Shown here: piece after piece, positions 13,995 to 27,390 of the stretch
How the letters are laid out: each line of letters opens with the position of its first letter
How positions within the stretch are numbered: the first letter of the stretch is position 1
Made by a program: the position numbers and the translations under genes
Origin: Rhina ancylostomus
Taxonomy: Eukaryota
Assembly: GCA_030265395.1 (NCBI GenBank)
Contig: JARFYF010000112.1
Location: forward strand, 79,086,820 to 79,150,819
Reading direction: 5' to 3'
DNA: 64,000 nucleotides
The notes under the pieces: model-generated
Databases searched by the model: none
Seen by the model: the letters and a program-made list of their open reading frames with translations, nothing else
What the model was told of the DNA's origin: nothing

Positions 13995-14025
13995 TATGCA
14001 GCAAAAACACGGTAGCCCTCCAAGG
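13995..14025 (-). promoter_or_regulatory. Editing-complementary sequence (ECS) for the Q/R site
   Basis: 13995-14004 (tatgcagcaa) is the exact reverse complement of exon 14331-14340. Pairing extends without gaps over 31 nt (14340-14310 vs 13995-14025): 22 Watson-Crick, 6 G-U, 3 mismatches. It lies +331..+340 from the Q/R adenosine and has the UUGCUGCAUA core of the GRIA2 ECS. Confidence 0.88.
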
Positions 14026-14042
14026 GTGCTGGAGACAGACAG

Positions 14043-14699
<657 letters not shown>

Positions 14700-15109
14700 C
14701 TAATTAGTATCAAACAATTTTAAAGACATTACAATAACTTTATCAAAGTAAACAATAACATTACTATTCTGTTAAGTTGTTGGTTGTACTTATTAATGCA
14801 ATTGGTAGGGGAACTAAAATTTCTCCATTCTTATGGCAGATATCCATTATACACGGCAACAATTTGAACACCAAAAAATGCCCAGATTTATACTAAATGG
14901 AAAATTATGACTTGCTCTACAAATGTCTTTACTTTATAACAGCTCAGCTTGACAAATTGAAGAGCATTTTAGTCAAAATTATTATGAAGAAGCCCTTCAA
15001 GCCAAGCAAAATAACCTAATTCTTTATGATCCAATTGTCACTGTTGAGTTTTGTTCTTGAGCTTTCCTTTGCTGAATGGAATAGTGTGCAGTAGAACTTT
15101 TATTCCTTC

Positions 15110-15720
15110 AGCTGGAAAGGGCTGCGTTTAATGTGCATCCTTAATCATCCTTGAAAAGGTCATGGTAAGCTGTTTTCTTGAACTCTTGTTCTTTTGTGCA
15201 GTTAATCCGATGGTACAGATAGATAGGAATAGGATTCAAATTCATCGATGATGAACAAATGGGGTGTGCTTGAGAGTTCCTCTATTAAAGAAGTCTTGGC
15301 AAGTTGATCTAGTGCATCTTGTTGAGTGTACTGACTGGAACCATAGTGTGCCAATGGTTGAAGCAGGGAATGTTCAGGGTGTATCAGTTGTTTAGTCTTG
15401 GACTGATGCTGAACTGCTTGAGTGTTGTTGGACCTGCACACATCCAGGCAGTAGCAGACACTTCCATTTGACTCCTGACCTATGACTTGAAGAGGGTGGA
15501 ATGACTCTGAAGGGTCTGCCATTGAACTCCTTGGCACAGAATGCACAGTGCTTGGTGCAGACTTTCCACAAAATGCATATGTGGCTGGTCCAGGATATTG
15601 ATAATGGGAATGCAAGATGAAGACAACATTTAAGAATCTTTTAAGAGAGTGGAAAATGGTGATGATAAGATAGCAGGGTCTTCCTAGATATTGAAGTATG
15701 ATTGATAATTGTCTTTTCAT
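15110..15720 (-). mobile_element. Degraded LINE 3' fragment
   Basis: Similar to 54400-55150 (gagtgttgttgga.ct.cac.catcca.gca...ac..tcctgac); no intact ORF. Confidence 0.45.
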
Positions 15721-16659
15721 CTCTTAATGACTTCTGACATGACATTTCCAATATTACTTAAGTGCACATTGTCATATACTGATTCCCAGACATGCTGTAA
15801 AATGAACTGCCTCATTCCTGTCCAGAAAGGTTAGTATAGATAAAGGGGGTTGATAGGAGAAGATGAAATAACAATGGAAAAATAAATGAAAAACTCAGTA
15901 TTCAATATGTTATTTCAAAATGACTAATTTAGTTACCTTCCCCACCCCGGACCTTAAGATGAATGGTCCTGTTACTGATATGTGTAGAAGAATAAATGAA
16001 GAATAATGGACATTTATCTCAATTAATTTAAGTAATCATCGTCATGTGCCTCCCTTCATTTTGGTCATGGAATTCTTACAGTGGCAAATGGGTGGAATTG
16101 AGGAGGAAGTCTGTTCATAAAGTGCTTCTGTTCCTCAGAAACATTGCTATAGACAGTTTCTGAAAAAATCATACGTTGCTCAGGATCAAGGGAAGAATCT
16201 GGCACATTGATGAAGAACTTTGTTCTGTTGGAACAGATGAGGCAGAGAAGGATTGCCATACTTGGGGCTTGGAGGAAACTTCCTTTGTTACCAAATATGT
16301 AGCTTATGGACAGTTAGGGGAAGAAAAGGGCAATGAATAACCTTTGTGGATCAATTTCTGAGCACAATTGATGTGTCTGATTGTTCCTAAAGAAGCAACT
16401 TCCAAATGTTTGGTGTCAGAAGTCTTAAGTATGCCAATTAAGGCTTTTGCCAATTTTAGAGCCCCTCATACTTGGCATAATTTGAGTTGGGCTCTGCTCA
16501 GTAAAATGTTTTCCCATGTAAGTTCATGTATATCCTGAAGCAATGGTTCCACTGATTTGTGGTGATCTGCACTATCTACGTATACCATCCTTCTCATTTG
16601 GAATTGCAGCAGGCCAATTTTTCCAGGAGCCCCAGCAGGCAAACTGCATTGGGAGTAAG

Positions 16660-16828
16660 AATAGAAATGTTGTGAATATTTAGCAGATCAGTCAGCATCT
16701 GTGAAGAGAGAAACAGAGCTAATGTTTCAATCAATGTCTTTTATCAGATATGTTTCTTTTGTTTCAGATGCTGCTTGATTTGAGGAATATTTTCTGCATT
16801 TTCTGTTTTAATTTCAGATTTCTAGCAG
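16660..16828. repeat. Old palindromic Penelope-derived repeat
   Basis: Imperfect inverted arms aatatttagcagatcagtcagcatctg / cagatgctgcttgatttgaggaatatt. Related fragments at ~28980, ~42165, ~44480 and ~63865. Confidence 0.55.
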
Positions 16829-17149
16829 TTTTTTTTGTTTCTCAAAGTGCATTGGGATTCTGGATTGCAACTTGCAACTTGTTGGTTTTATACATTTGAG
16901 GCCCTATCACCAATTTGGAGCAAACTTTGGGTCAATAATTTCTGGTCAGTGCCCCAGGCAGGTCTCACACTTCACTCCTGCTTCCTGAAGATTAAAGTCA
17001 CTGTTGTATTGTTGCTGTCACTACCTTTATAGATTATGGATATGACAAGGAGGAAATTCTCTGACGTAGCTAAGAATGCCAAATTTAGACTGCCTTAAAG
17101 ACGGACAAGTTAAGCAACTTTAAAACCATCCGTGCAAAGCTCTTAAGGA

Positions 17150-18560
17150 AATTCCAAGAATGAGAAACAATCTTCATTACTGTGACAGGAACTAATGAGT
17201 CCTTGGGTTCCATTTCGCAGGAGTCCCTCAGGTCTGGCAATGGATAAGCTCTGCAATTGGTCTGAATATGTCTTGCTTGCTGATTTCACACATAAGTGAC
17301 CAATATCCCCAGATAATTATACGAGACCCCAGCAGCTGTGGCATGCCAGAAAAGGAACATAAAGCAATTCTTTTCAGGGTAGTGCTGCATCATATCAGTC
17401 CAGTCACTCCTCTCAGAATATAGACAATGTTCCAGGTTCCAGGCAAGAGCACCACATTATCATGCACAAGTAAGTGAAACATCACAACTGTGTCAAGAGG
17501 AGCCCCAAGTTACATCACACAGATCTCCCTCCTTAGGAGGAGAGCAAGTTGCAGACAACATACATACAACCTCACCACTTACAAACTAAGCGAAACAATG
17601 AAATGCCAGTTATATCTATTAAATGGCAGTAGAGAATGAAACTGTACAATCTTTGTAGATGTAGTAACAGAAAATAAGAGTGTAGACCAGGATGGTTGTA
17701 GAGGCAATGGTGATTGGGCAAAACATGGCATGCAGGAGACAATACATTAAGAAGACAACACTTCATGCAGTGTTAAAGACTTTAACTAGAAGTCTTGTCA
17801 TCATTGACTGACTTTCTGATTGCAGATCATCTTCACCCACTTCTATTTCCTCCTCTTCTTCCTCCTCTGTTTGACCTTTATCAAAAAGTTTCTCTTTCTG
17901 CATGGAAATACTAATGCAAGATGCACCATACATCGATAACTTTCAAAGCTTTGTCATGGCTGTAGAGCAGCAGCCATCTGATCTGTTCAGGTGGTAACAG
18001 CTCTGCTTCAGTAAGCTGATTGTATGTTGTGCTAGATTTAAACATCAGTGCGAGAAGGTAGCCTTGATCTACTGAAAGCCAGATGTCCAATCTGTCTGGT
18101 TACATGTAGACTAAGCAGAGAGATCTTGCATATTTGGAAAGTTGGCCATTCTATGAAAGCAATTCTCATGCTGTTGTCTTCTTGCACTGGTGAAATTGAC
18201 AAAATTTGTTCCCTGAGCAAGCAAAACATTGTTGATGTTGTCAGATGTGGCTTACATAGATTCAGATACATCAGAACTGAAAGCTGTATAATTTTCACAG
18301 CAACTGGAAGGGCCATTAATTGTGGTGGGTCTTAACTGAAGGTTGCCCTCTACTTTGTCTTTGGAAGTCATTATGAGAATGATTTATAGAAGATAGACTA
18401 CAATTAGAATCTTTAATGAGGCTATTTGTAATCTGGACATGACTTTTCATATCAAAACAGTTTATGGACTCCTGATATTGGCACTTTTCAACTCTAGCAC
18501 TTGGCCCAAGTTGTCTGATACTGTGTGCTTGTGGAATACATAGGCACCTGGTGTAAGTAC
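17150..18560 (-). mobile_element. Degraded LINE, probably RTE clade
   Basis: Remnant minus-strand coding traces resembling the RTE ORF C-terminus (IGHL.., LRWHYLGHLC-like, KGP/LYHRP-like); many stops. Confidence 0.4.
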
Positions 18561-19716
18561 AATTCAGACATTGTACCGATTTGAACTTTGCATGCTAATT
18601 TAGGCATCTGATGTCCACACTGATTTGGCTGTTCCAGATTTCCAATATTTGTTTCCAGTGGGAAGCAAATGTTATCACTTACAGGTTTTCATCTTGGAAT
18701 TGGTTCCAGTGGGAATATTAGTGCAAATGGATATCATATACCTATTCATTTTATTCAAGAGAGACACATAATTTTGATGAGAAAGTGGCAATTAATCTGA
18801 ATAATTAGACAAAGCATTACAGAATGTAAAGATCAAAAACACCATTAGCCACTGTCTCACTGTTTTCTTTAAAGTACACTTGATTGAACAGTCAATCCGG
18901 TCTAGCCATCAGAAATTGTCCTTCAGGCAAATTTCTTCTCCAAGGATATTTTTAAGTGTTGGGCAATTTAAAACAAAAAAGTATGTTGCAATTGGAGTGA
19001 ATTTACAAGATTCCAAAAAAGCTGTTCTTGGCAATCCAGAAGTGAGCAAAATAACTGGAAATGCAAGTTTCTTAATCCAGGTAGGATTGTTTTACACATG
19101 GCTGTTAGTGACTAACATACTGTGTAACTGAGGAGCACTACTTTAAAGGAATGCACACAAGTCTCAGTAAAAAAAATTCCATATCAATACTGTATATTGA
19201 AACTGAATATCAGGAAAACTCAAAGAACAGGACCAGGCTGGGATCTAGGGTCAAACTTTACTATGAGATGGCTTTCCACTAACTGGATCACTGTTCGGTT
19301 CTAGATCATTTTCATTGCTTAATAGATGATAGTTACTGTTTATTCATTACCAACCCAAGTAACATGGAATAAATACTTTTGCCTAGAAAATTGTCCTTAG
19401 CCAGTGAGTCAACGGAACAGAAATGGAATGTAACAAGCAGTGATTAATTCATTCTGCATTTAAACTGACTGATTGAGGTCTATTTTCTATCTGATGGTGA
19501 AATTATTCCAGTTTTTCTATCACCTAACCTTGGATAATAAAGTGATCTTTGTTCCAGAATCAGTAAAAAGAAAGTAGTATGGTCCACTAAATAGCCATGA
19601 TTATTTCATTATGCTCTCTGTGTTAAATAGAGCTTTGAATAATCCATGTCTGATGTACTGCCTATTGTCTATATTGTATACAAATAATTTCTCCATCTCC
19701 TTAAGCTAATACTTAC

Positions 19717-19923
19717 CCCATATACCAGCTCCCCCACCATTCCATTCCAGATTTTAGTTTCAGGATCTCTAGCTCCATATTTACCGTCAGGGACAACAGA
19801 CAGTTTATATTTAATGCCAACATGCTTGGCTATTTCAAAAGCTAAATCCACACAATAGCCTTCATATCTATCATTTGCACCAAACTGTTCATGATTTTTC
19901 TTCAGCATTACATATGGTGATTC
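19717..19923 (-). CDS. GRIA3: GluA3-like coding exon (exon 10 equivalent, S1 ligand-binding segment)
   Basis: 207 nt, tgcag|...|GTAAGT. Translates [77 protein letters not shown] is GluA3-type (GluA2/4 have RDADTKIW). Confidence 0.95.
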
Positions 19924-21620
19924 CTGCAACAACAAAAACATGCATAAGTGAATCAAGTTCATACAAAGTGTGAGTGGTTAAAGGTCAAGTGACAAAGTTT
20001 GTTCATTTTCCTGACAAAAATGATATCTGCATTTATGCACTTCTTTATATATGAGTGCAGTTATTACAATTATTGTAACCTATACAGTGTATTTTTGAGG
20101 AGAGACAGTAGATAATAAGTGGCAATAAGAAATTATTACAGACATGTTAACTCCAATGGAATCATGTAATTGGTACAATTCATTAGTTATGAAATCAAGG
20201 AAACAAAAGGAGCACAGCTGGTCTATCAAGAATGCTCTTTCTTCAGATAATGCACAGGCTCATGATTTGACGCGACCCATTTAATATCTAGAGCCTCCCA
20301 AAGCAGCTCTTGAACATGCATTTGACCTTAAATTCTACAACTTCAGACAATGGTCTGTCACAATTGATCACTGTATTTGTCAAAATTGTAAAACAAACTA
20401 TTTGAAGAGCACAAATATCACCAGTACCCATTTCAAACCAGTAAACAAACTTTTTAATAGTTTTATTCATTAGGTATCTTTTAAAATCCACACCACTCCT
20501 TTCACAGAAAATGTGATGATTTACAATATAAACCTGAACTTGTAAATTTCTTAAGGAAATCAAAGGTGAATAGGGATACCAGAAATTTGATTTCAATCCG
20601 TCTGGGTCATTAAGATGTGGCGAAAAGTGTTACACCAATTGTTCTGGTACCTCAGGATTGCCCACTCCAGATAGGTTGGAACCTATTAACATGGAAAACG
20701 TGTAGCCCAATGATAGTGTTATCACAGTAACCCTGCTTGAACTTGAAATGATAGGAGGTGCCCTTGGCACCAAACAATATAGCAATTAATGGGTAGTTAA
20801 TGATTAGCAATGGACTTGGTGGGCTGAAGAGCCTATTTCTGTACTGTATCTCTCTATAACTCTGAATTGCTAGGAGGCAGAGGTTGATTGGAAGAGGCCT
20901 AGGTAGCTTTTCTACAAATTTGTGTGAAGGTTCCTAGTATGGCTCACACAAAAAAACTTCTGTTATCCCAGCCTTTGCATCTTTCCCCTTGCTTCCAATT
21001 GGTATCACTATGGAGACCCACCCTTCTCCACCCTTACTAAATGCATGTTGGGTATCATCCCCTTGGATCCCCAAGCCCTTGGCCTTGCTTTAAGTTTCCT
21101 ATTCTTACCCACAAGTTCTAATGATTGTCCTGGTGCTTTTGGACAGAAGGCAGTTTGTATAAATTTAAATAAGTTAAGATAGCCCAGGTTTGACACTAGG
21201 GACTGCATGGGGCGCCCCAAACCCCTTCCATACACTTCCTGAACCTGTCTTGAGTTACAGTCCACTCCTCTGAAATTTGCCTGTTTATTCATATATTAAA
21301 AGATTCTCAATAATACTATAATCTTCACATTTTTATTTTCAGTTTTTCTCTTTGTTTGCTAAGATTTGTGATTTATTCTCATGTACAGTTTCATGGCATC
21401 ACAAGCCCTCTAGTCTGTCAATCAATTGACTATTTTTAAGATATATACTGCATATATTTAGATATAAGTGCCAGGAACACTCAGCTGAAAGTGATTAGAT
21501 CCCTCAAAGCTGAGTCTACATCTGCCCTCATCCAATGGTGACATGTAATCACTAATGGAAATTAGGTATGGAAATCCTGAATAATTTTTCTTTTTCTAAC
21601 CAAAATCAATGTTGAACACA

Positions 21621-21965
21621 GGCGGCACAGAGGTGCAGCTAGTAGAGCGCTGCCTAATAGCTCCAGCAACCTGGGTTCAATCCCGACCTCTGGTGCTGTC
21701 TGTGTAGAGATTGCACATTCTCCCTGTGACCACATGGGTTTCCTCCAGGTGCTCCCATTTCCTCCCACATCCCAAAGGTGTGCAGATTGGTAGGTTAGTT
21801 GTAAATTGCAGCTGTAAATTGCTCCCAGTGTATATGTCAGTAATAGAATCTGACAGGGTAGGATGGGAATGTGGGGAGAATGAAATGGGATTACTGTACA
21901 TGGGTGTTCAATGGTCAGCACAGACTTGATGGGCCAAAAGGCCTGCTTCCACGCTGAATGACAAT
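21621..21965 (+). mobile_element. tRNA-derived SINE, HE1/V-SINE type, near full length
   Basis: A-box-like ggtgcagctagtag, B box ggttcaatccc, V-domain-like gggtttcctccaggtgctccc.tttcctcccacatcccaaag, and a CR1-like tail gatgggccaaaaggcctgcttcc. Confidence 0.85.
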
Positions 21966-22977
21966 GAACACTCATTATTATTGTGATCAGTATCACTTTC
22001 TTCAACACATACGAGGAATGGAACCTTGAACTGTTTTGTTTTATATTTTCCAGCCAATTTCAGTAGCTGGAGATCAAGTTCAAGATGTACCAAGTACCAA
22101 TAATACCTGCTCTTTGCACCCTAAGCAAAGCATTTTGGCCCAGACTTGTAGTGACACTGATATCAACCTTTGAATTTCCCATATGGCATTCTGCAGTTAC
22201 TTTGACCAAGACTGACAATTCAGGGTTTAAAATGACATTGTGCAATATTAGCAGTAAGTATATTAATGCTATTGTAACAGAGGTATCAACTAATTTACTT
22301 CCAAATTTCTTTGTTAAAGGACAGACTTAGGAATTTTATACAGTGTTTTCTACTGAACCTCACAGCACATTTTCAATCTTCCAATGTGTAATTTTACTGA
22401 ATTTTGCTCTGACAGGATCCATTCCCTCTATAGCTCAGATCAGCAGTGGTATATACCCCTTTCACAATTATTCACTGATTATAATGAAGAGGTAGAAAAT
22501 CATGTCATTCTCCTGATAAATGATCCCTGCAGATATCCACTAGGGGCATGATTTTGCAGGTTACCTTTGTCAGTGTTGATTCAGTCTAAATGATGGACAG
22601 TTTTGAGTTCTGAATTCATGCCCAAATTAATTTAATTTGCCACCTTCAGAAACTGCAGATCTTTATCCCAACATGGCTGGGTTAGATTCTAAATGGCAGG
22701 TGCCAGAAATGAATTGATGATACACCAATTCTGACTTTCAATTTGCCATCACAAAAGAGACAAAAATGAAATAAGAAAGTTGTTGTCCATGAAGTTGGTT
22801 TCTTCAGGAAACAGGAAGGTTTGTTTTTCAGTCTAACACTGTCAGTAATACACTGAAGGTCAAAGGCCTGATTGTCTTTTGATAGAATCTTATTCCCCCA
22901 TGTCCCTCTCCCTCCCCACCATAAGCTTGAGGAATTGTTATATTCATTCAGGCACAGACACCGTTCTGCGGGTTACA

Positions 22978-23120
22978 CAGAGTCATAGAGTTGTACAGCA
23001 CACAAACAGGCCCTTTGGCCCAACTGCTCCGTGCCGACCAAGATTCCCATCCAAGCTGGTCCCGTTTCCCTGTGTTTGGCCCTAGTCCCTCTAAACCCTC
23101 CCTGTCCCTAGACCTGTCCA
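22978..23120 (-). mobile_element. CR1 3' tail fragment
   Basis: Same tail as 1556-1700, 35630-35750 and 41644-41757. Confidence 0.75.
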
Positions 23121-23831
23121 AGTCCTCTGGTGGAATGAGCTCCTGTCTTGAGGTTGCTTGGTAAAAAATTAATTACAAGACCTGAGGATTGCTGGCAAGG
23201 TCGGAAATTTAACCCATTCCTGATTGACCCATGAAGGTGGTGGTGAGCTGTCTTTAACCACCCCTGCAGTCTGTGTGCGGACATTACTGAAAAACTGGGT
23301 GTTAAGTAAGGATTTCCAAGAATTAGACCCAACAACAATGTAAAGACAGCAATATATCAAGGTTAGGATGGTGCACTGAAGGGAGCTCTGGCATCCTGTG
23401 TTCACCTGGTGGCCTGATCCTTCTAATGACAGATGTTACGGGTTTGGGAACTGCTATTGAAGAATATTTTTTCTGCTGAAGTAGCACCTTATATTGAAGG
23501 TTTGATTACAGAACAGTCTTCCTCCTGGAGTTAAACGAGGCATCAGACCACTTCTGAAAAACATGGAGATGACCACACGTTGGACAGCACACTGTGCAAA
23601 AGTTGAACAAGTTGTTTATTAATTGTTCAGGCATTGTCGTGTCAATGGAGTTAATCTCACCATAGGTTGATAAAGTTGACAGTTGTTCTAATCGTCCATA
23701 GACTCACGGAGTCATGAAGCAGATAAACAGGCCTCTCCAGTGCCCCGGCAACCATCAGGTACTTATCTGTACTTTTGCCATTTTCCAGCACTTGACCAAT
23801 AACCTTCTACACCATGGCACTCCAAGTGCCA

Positions 23832-24121
23832 ATAAGATCTCTTCATTAGTCACACGTACATCGAAACACACAGTGAGACGCATCTTCTGCGTAGAGTGTT
23901 CTGGGGGAAGCCCGCAAGTGTCGCCACACTTCTGGCGCCAACATAGCACTCCCACAACTTCCTAACCCGTACGTCTTTGGAATGTGGGAGGAAACCGGAG
24001 CACCCAGAGGAAACCCACGCAGACACGGGGAGAATGTACAAACTCCTCACAGACAGAGGCGGGAATTGGACCCAGGTCGCTGGCGCTGTAATAGCGTTAC
24101 ACTAACCACTACACTACCGTG
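23832..24121 (-). mobile_element. Young tRNA-derived V-SINE (family B)
   Basis: CpG-rich. Minus strand reads ggtagtgtagtggttag (A box), gggtccaattccc (B box) and a V domain; homologous to copies at 49374, 51940, 59288 and 46686. Confidence 0.88.
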
Positions 24122-24187
24122 TTTTTGTAGTTCCCCATGAATACATCTACGCTAGTCTTTTGAACTTGCTGGTAACGAATTCCATAT

Positions 24188-24330
24188 GGGACAGGACATG
24201 GATAGGAAAGGTTTAGAAAGGTATGGACCAAACACAGGCAAATGGAACTAGCTTAGATGAGAATCCTGGTCAGCAAGGACCAGTTGGGCCGAACAGCCTG
24301 TTTCTGTGCTGTGTGACTCCTTGACTCTAT
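24188..24330 (+). mobile_element. CR1 3' tail fragment
   Basis: Inverted homologue of 22978-23120. Confidence 0.75.
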
Positions 24331-27175
24331 TGTCAATACTTTCTTTGTCAGAAAGTTTCCCCAAAAAGTTTCATACTGAGTGATTGGTGACAATCTTATA
24401 TTTATGTCTCCTTGCCTGAAACTCATAGACAGGGATGCCTTCTTTACATTATGCACCGTTGAAGACTTTCACAATATACAAGACCTCTGTTGGTCCACCT
24501 TTCAGATGTTTCTAGTGGGGATGAGGTTAGCAGTACAGCAAACTGAAGCATGCCGTGAAGACTTAAGCAGTATTAAAAGAAATACTTCAATCTACATTTT
24601 TAAAGTTTAATCTATCACCTTTACAAGATAATGTTATCTGCCTTTGTCAATCTGTAAAACCGACACAATTTTAACCCCCTGCTGTAGTGGATGTCAACTG
24701 TTGTTTCCCAGCCACTGCATTTATAAATCAGCCAAGGGCAGATTATCTCTCAACTGCTGAGTGATCTTCAATCTTCTAGACATAGAATTTGCACACAATC
24801 TGGCCACTCAGCCCGTCTGACATTCGTGCTCCACATGAGCCCCCCAGTCACCTCTAATTCATCTCATCTCATCATCCTTCTAATCTGTTCTCCCTTCTTG
24901 CATTTATTTTGCTTTTCTTTCACTGCATCTGTGATGTTCTCCATGAGGTAGCGAGATGCAAATTCACTGACAGCATTTAATTAATTAAAATGACTCTCTG
25001 CAGGAAGCTAAATCAATCACACATCCTAAATAAAGAGAGATATACCAAAGCCAGCTAAACAAAACACCAACACTAATTCTGCTAGAACATTTATTTTTCC
25101 GTAACATCATCTGTTTTTCATATCCAGCCTTCCTTTCAAAAAGAAAAATCGCTGATCCTTTACTTCTGATTGCTGTTATATCCAGTGAGTTAGCTGCATG
25201 GCTAAACATTTGTTTTTTTTTCCTTGCTGTATAGCTGCAAAGATATAAATTCTGTTCATACCGTGAAGTGCAGCATCCCATGCTCATTCACTTATTATTC
25301 CTCAGCCTTCATGTGTTCCTTTTTCTCACACAGAACACAAAACCCAGTTGACTAGCATTGATAAAGTGGAAAAAATGTTGCATCAATAAGGTCAAGGTGG
25401 GCCAGTATTTATCAGTGCTCATTGCAAAGTCCTCTCCAGAGTTCCTTCACAATCATCAAAGCTCCATGGACAACAACAACCCAATTCTTCTTTCGCGAAC
25501 ATCACCCGCAACCCTGAAGAAATATTTTGCTCTTGTGTTGTTTGAAATAATTCCCTGTACATGGATTGAACTGGGCATTAAGACGTGTTACTGGAGGTTC
25601 TGAAGCAAGGGGAGAATTTCCGTCAGAGAGCCAGTGCACGTTCAGCCTCTGGCATAGCCAAGGCCAGGTAAATCTTGGAGACATGAGAGACTGTAAATGC
25701 TGGAATCTGGAACAAGATGGAGCAAGACATCAAAATACTGAGATGGAGCAAGATATAAAAACAGCCAGATGGCGCCGGAGCATTGTGAATCGTTGCAAGC
25801 TGCCCTCTGCAGATCTACTCATTAGTTTTACTACAATTGTTCTTTCATCTGTACTTCCTCAATGCACTGTGTGAGGTTGTTAAGAAGGCGTATAGAGTGT
25901 TGGCCTTCATTAATCTAGGTATTGAGTTCAAGAGCCATAAGGTAATGTTGCAGTTCCATNNNNNNNNNNNNNNNNNNNNNNNNNNNNNNNNNNNNNNNNN
26001 NNNNNNNNNNNNNNNNNNNNNNNNNNNNNNNNNNNNNNNNNNNNNNNNNNNNNNNNNNNGAAATAAGAAAGTTGTTGTCCATGAAGTTGGTTTCTTCAGA
26101 TTAAAAAAAAGCATTATTGAGGCACCATATGTTAACACAGTACAAAAAGCAGCCGAGTCCATTCATGCAATGACTGCCACTGCAGTATCTGGGAACTTTG
26201 GCTACATTGTCCAATTAAGTGGATTCATAGCAAGAGAACCAAGTGAACATGTGTAGGAAATGTTTGTGGAAAAAAAGTGACAATATCAGATACAAAATGA
26301 ATGGACATTTATTGAACACCATCTGGGAGGATTGCGTTTTGAAAAAAAGTGACAGCAGAAGACAATAAAAACGATGGCAATAAGTGGAACTTATAAAATG
26401 AACCTCCCTGTTACAGACTCCATGTTACATTTTAACAGCTAGTGATATGTTAATTTTAACATCACCCATTATGGTGAGAATAGTACAGATAAGTCCTTGA
26501 ACATTAGAATAATAATTGCAAAAGTAAGGAAAATAAATTGCTATTATAATGTATCACAGTTATATTAAAATCAAAAGGCTTAACATTTAATATAAATATT
26601 ATAATCTTGAAATACTATTGCAAAACATAGCAACATGTAAAATTCCTTCTCCCTATTTTCTTTATGACCTATCCCTGTACCAAATTCCCTACTTATTTTG
26701 TGGCATTCATAGAAAGATATTCCAAGAAACTAAACCTTATTTGTTAATGTCTTTGGATATTTCCAGCAAGGAAATTCTTTGAATGGAGGAAATATTCACT
26801 GGACTGTTAATATTGTTACACATAAGAGTTCTCATCCCAATGTATCAAGTTGGAACTCAAGATGGCCATTGTTACATCAGAAGAGCAGATGTGGCCAGTG
26901 ATTGAGTATACGATGCTATTCTGAAGCCACCTTATATACATTAGTCACACTTAATAACTAACATGACTATCTTTCCATAACTTCAATGGTGTATTGCGAG
27001 AATGTGCACCTTTGGTTAGGATTAATAGTGAGATCAACGCTGATGAAATTTAGCTGCTCAAGACTAAAAGCCATTGAACAAGTCTATTTTAGGGATCTGC
27101 CAATGCATCATAATGCCACTTATTGAAGGCTGACAGCAGATAATTCTGTCACTATCATAAACTTGAAGATCATCA

Positions 27176-27390
27176 TGGAGACACAAGAGGCTGTAGATGC
27201 TGGAATCTGGAGCAAAAAACAAAATGCTGAAAGAACTCAGTGGGTCGAGCAGCATCTGTGGAAGCAAAGGGATGGTTGGCGTTTCAGGTCAAGACGCTGC
27301 ATCAGGACTTGACCTGAAACATCAACCATCCCTTTGCCTCCACAGATGCTGCTTGACTGCTGAATTCTTCCAGCAGTTTGCTTTTTGCTT
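27176..27390. repeat. Palindromic Penelope-derived element (~80-bp stem)
   Basis: Arms ~27211-27293 and ~27308-27389 (e.g. gtttcaggtcaag / cttgacctgaaac, agcagcatctgtgga / tccacagatgctgct) with a 14-nt centre. Confidence 0.85.

Noticed and set aside
19939-19944. UGCAUG just upstream of the exon 10 acceptor
   Set aside because: A single hexamer next to an exon that is constitutive in known AMPA receptor genes; cannot be supported without conservation data.
21621-21690. tRNA-like A/B boxes
   Set aside because: These are SINE heads followed by V-domain and LINE-derived tails; no complete cloverleaf.
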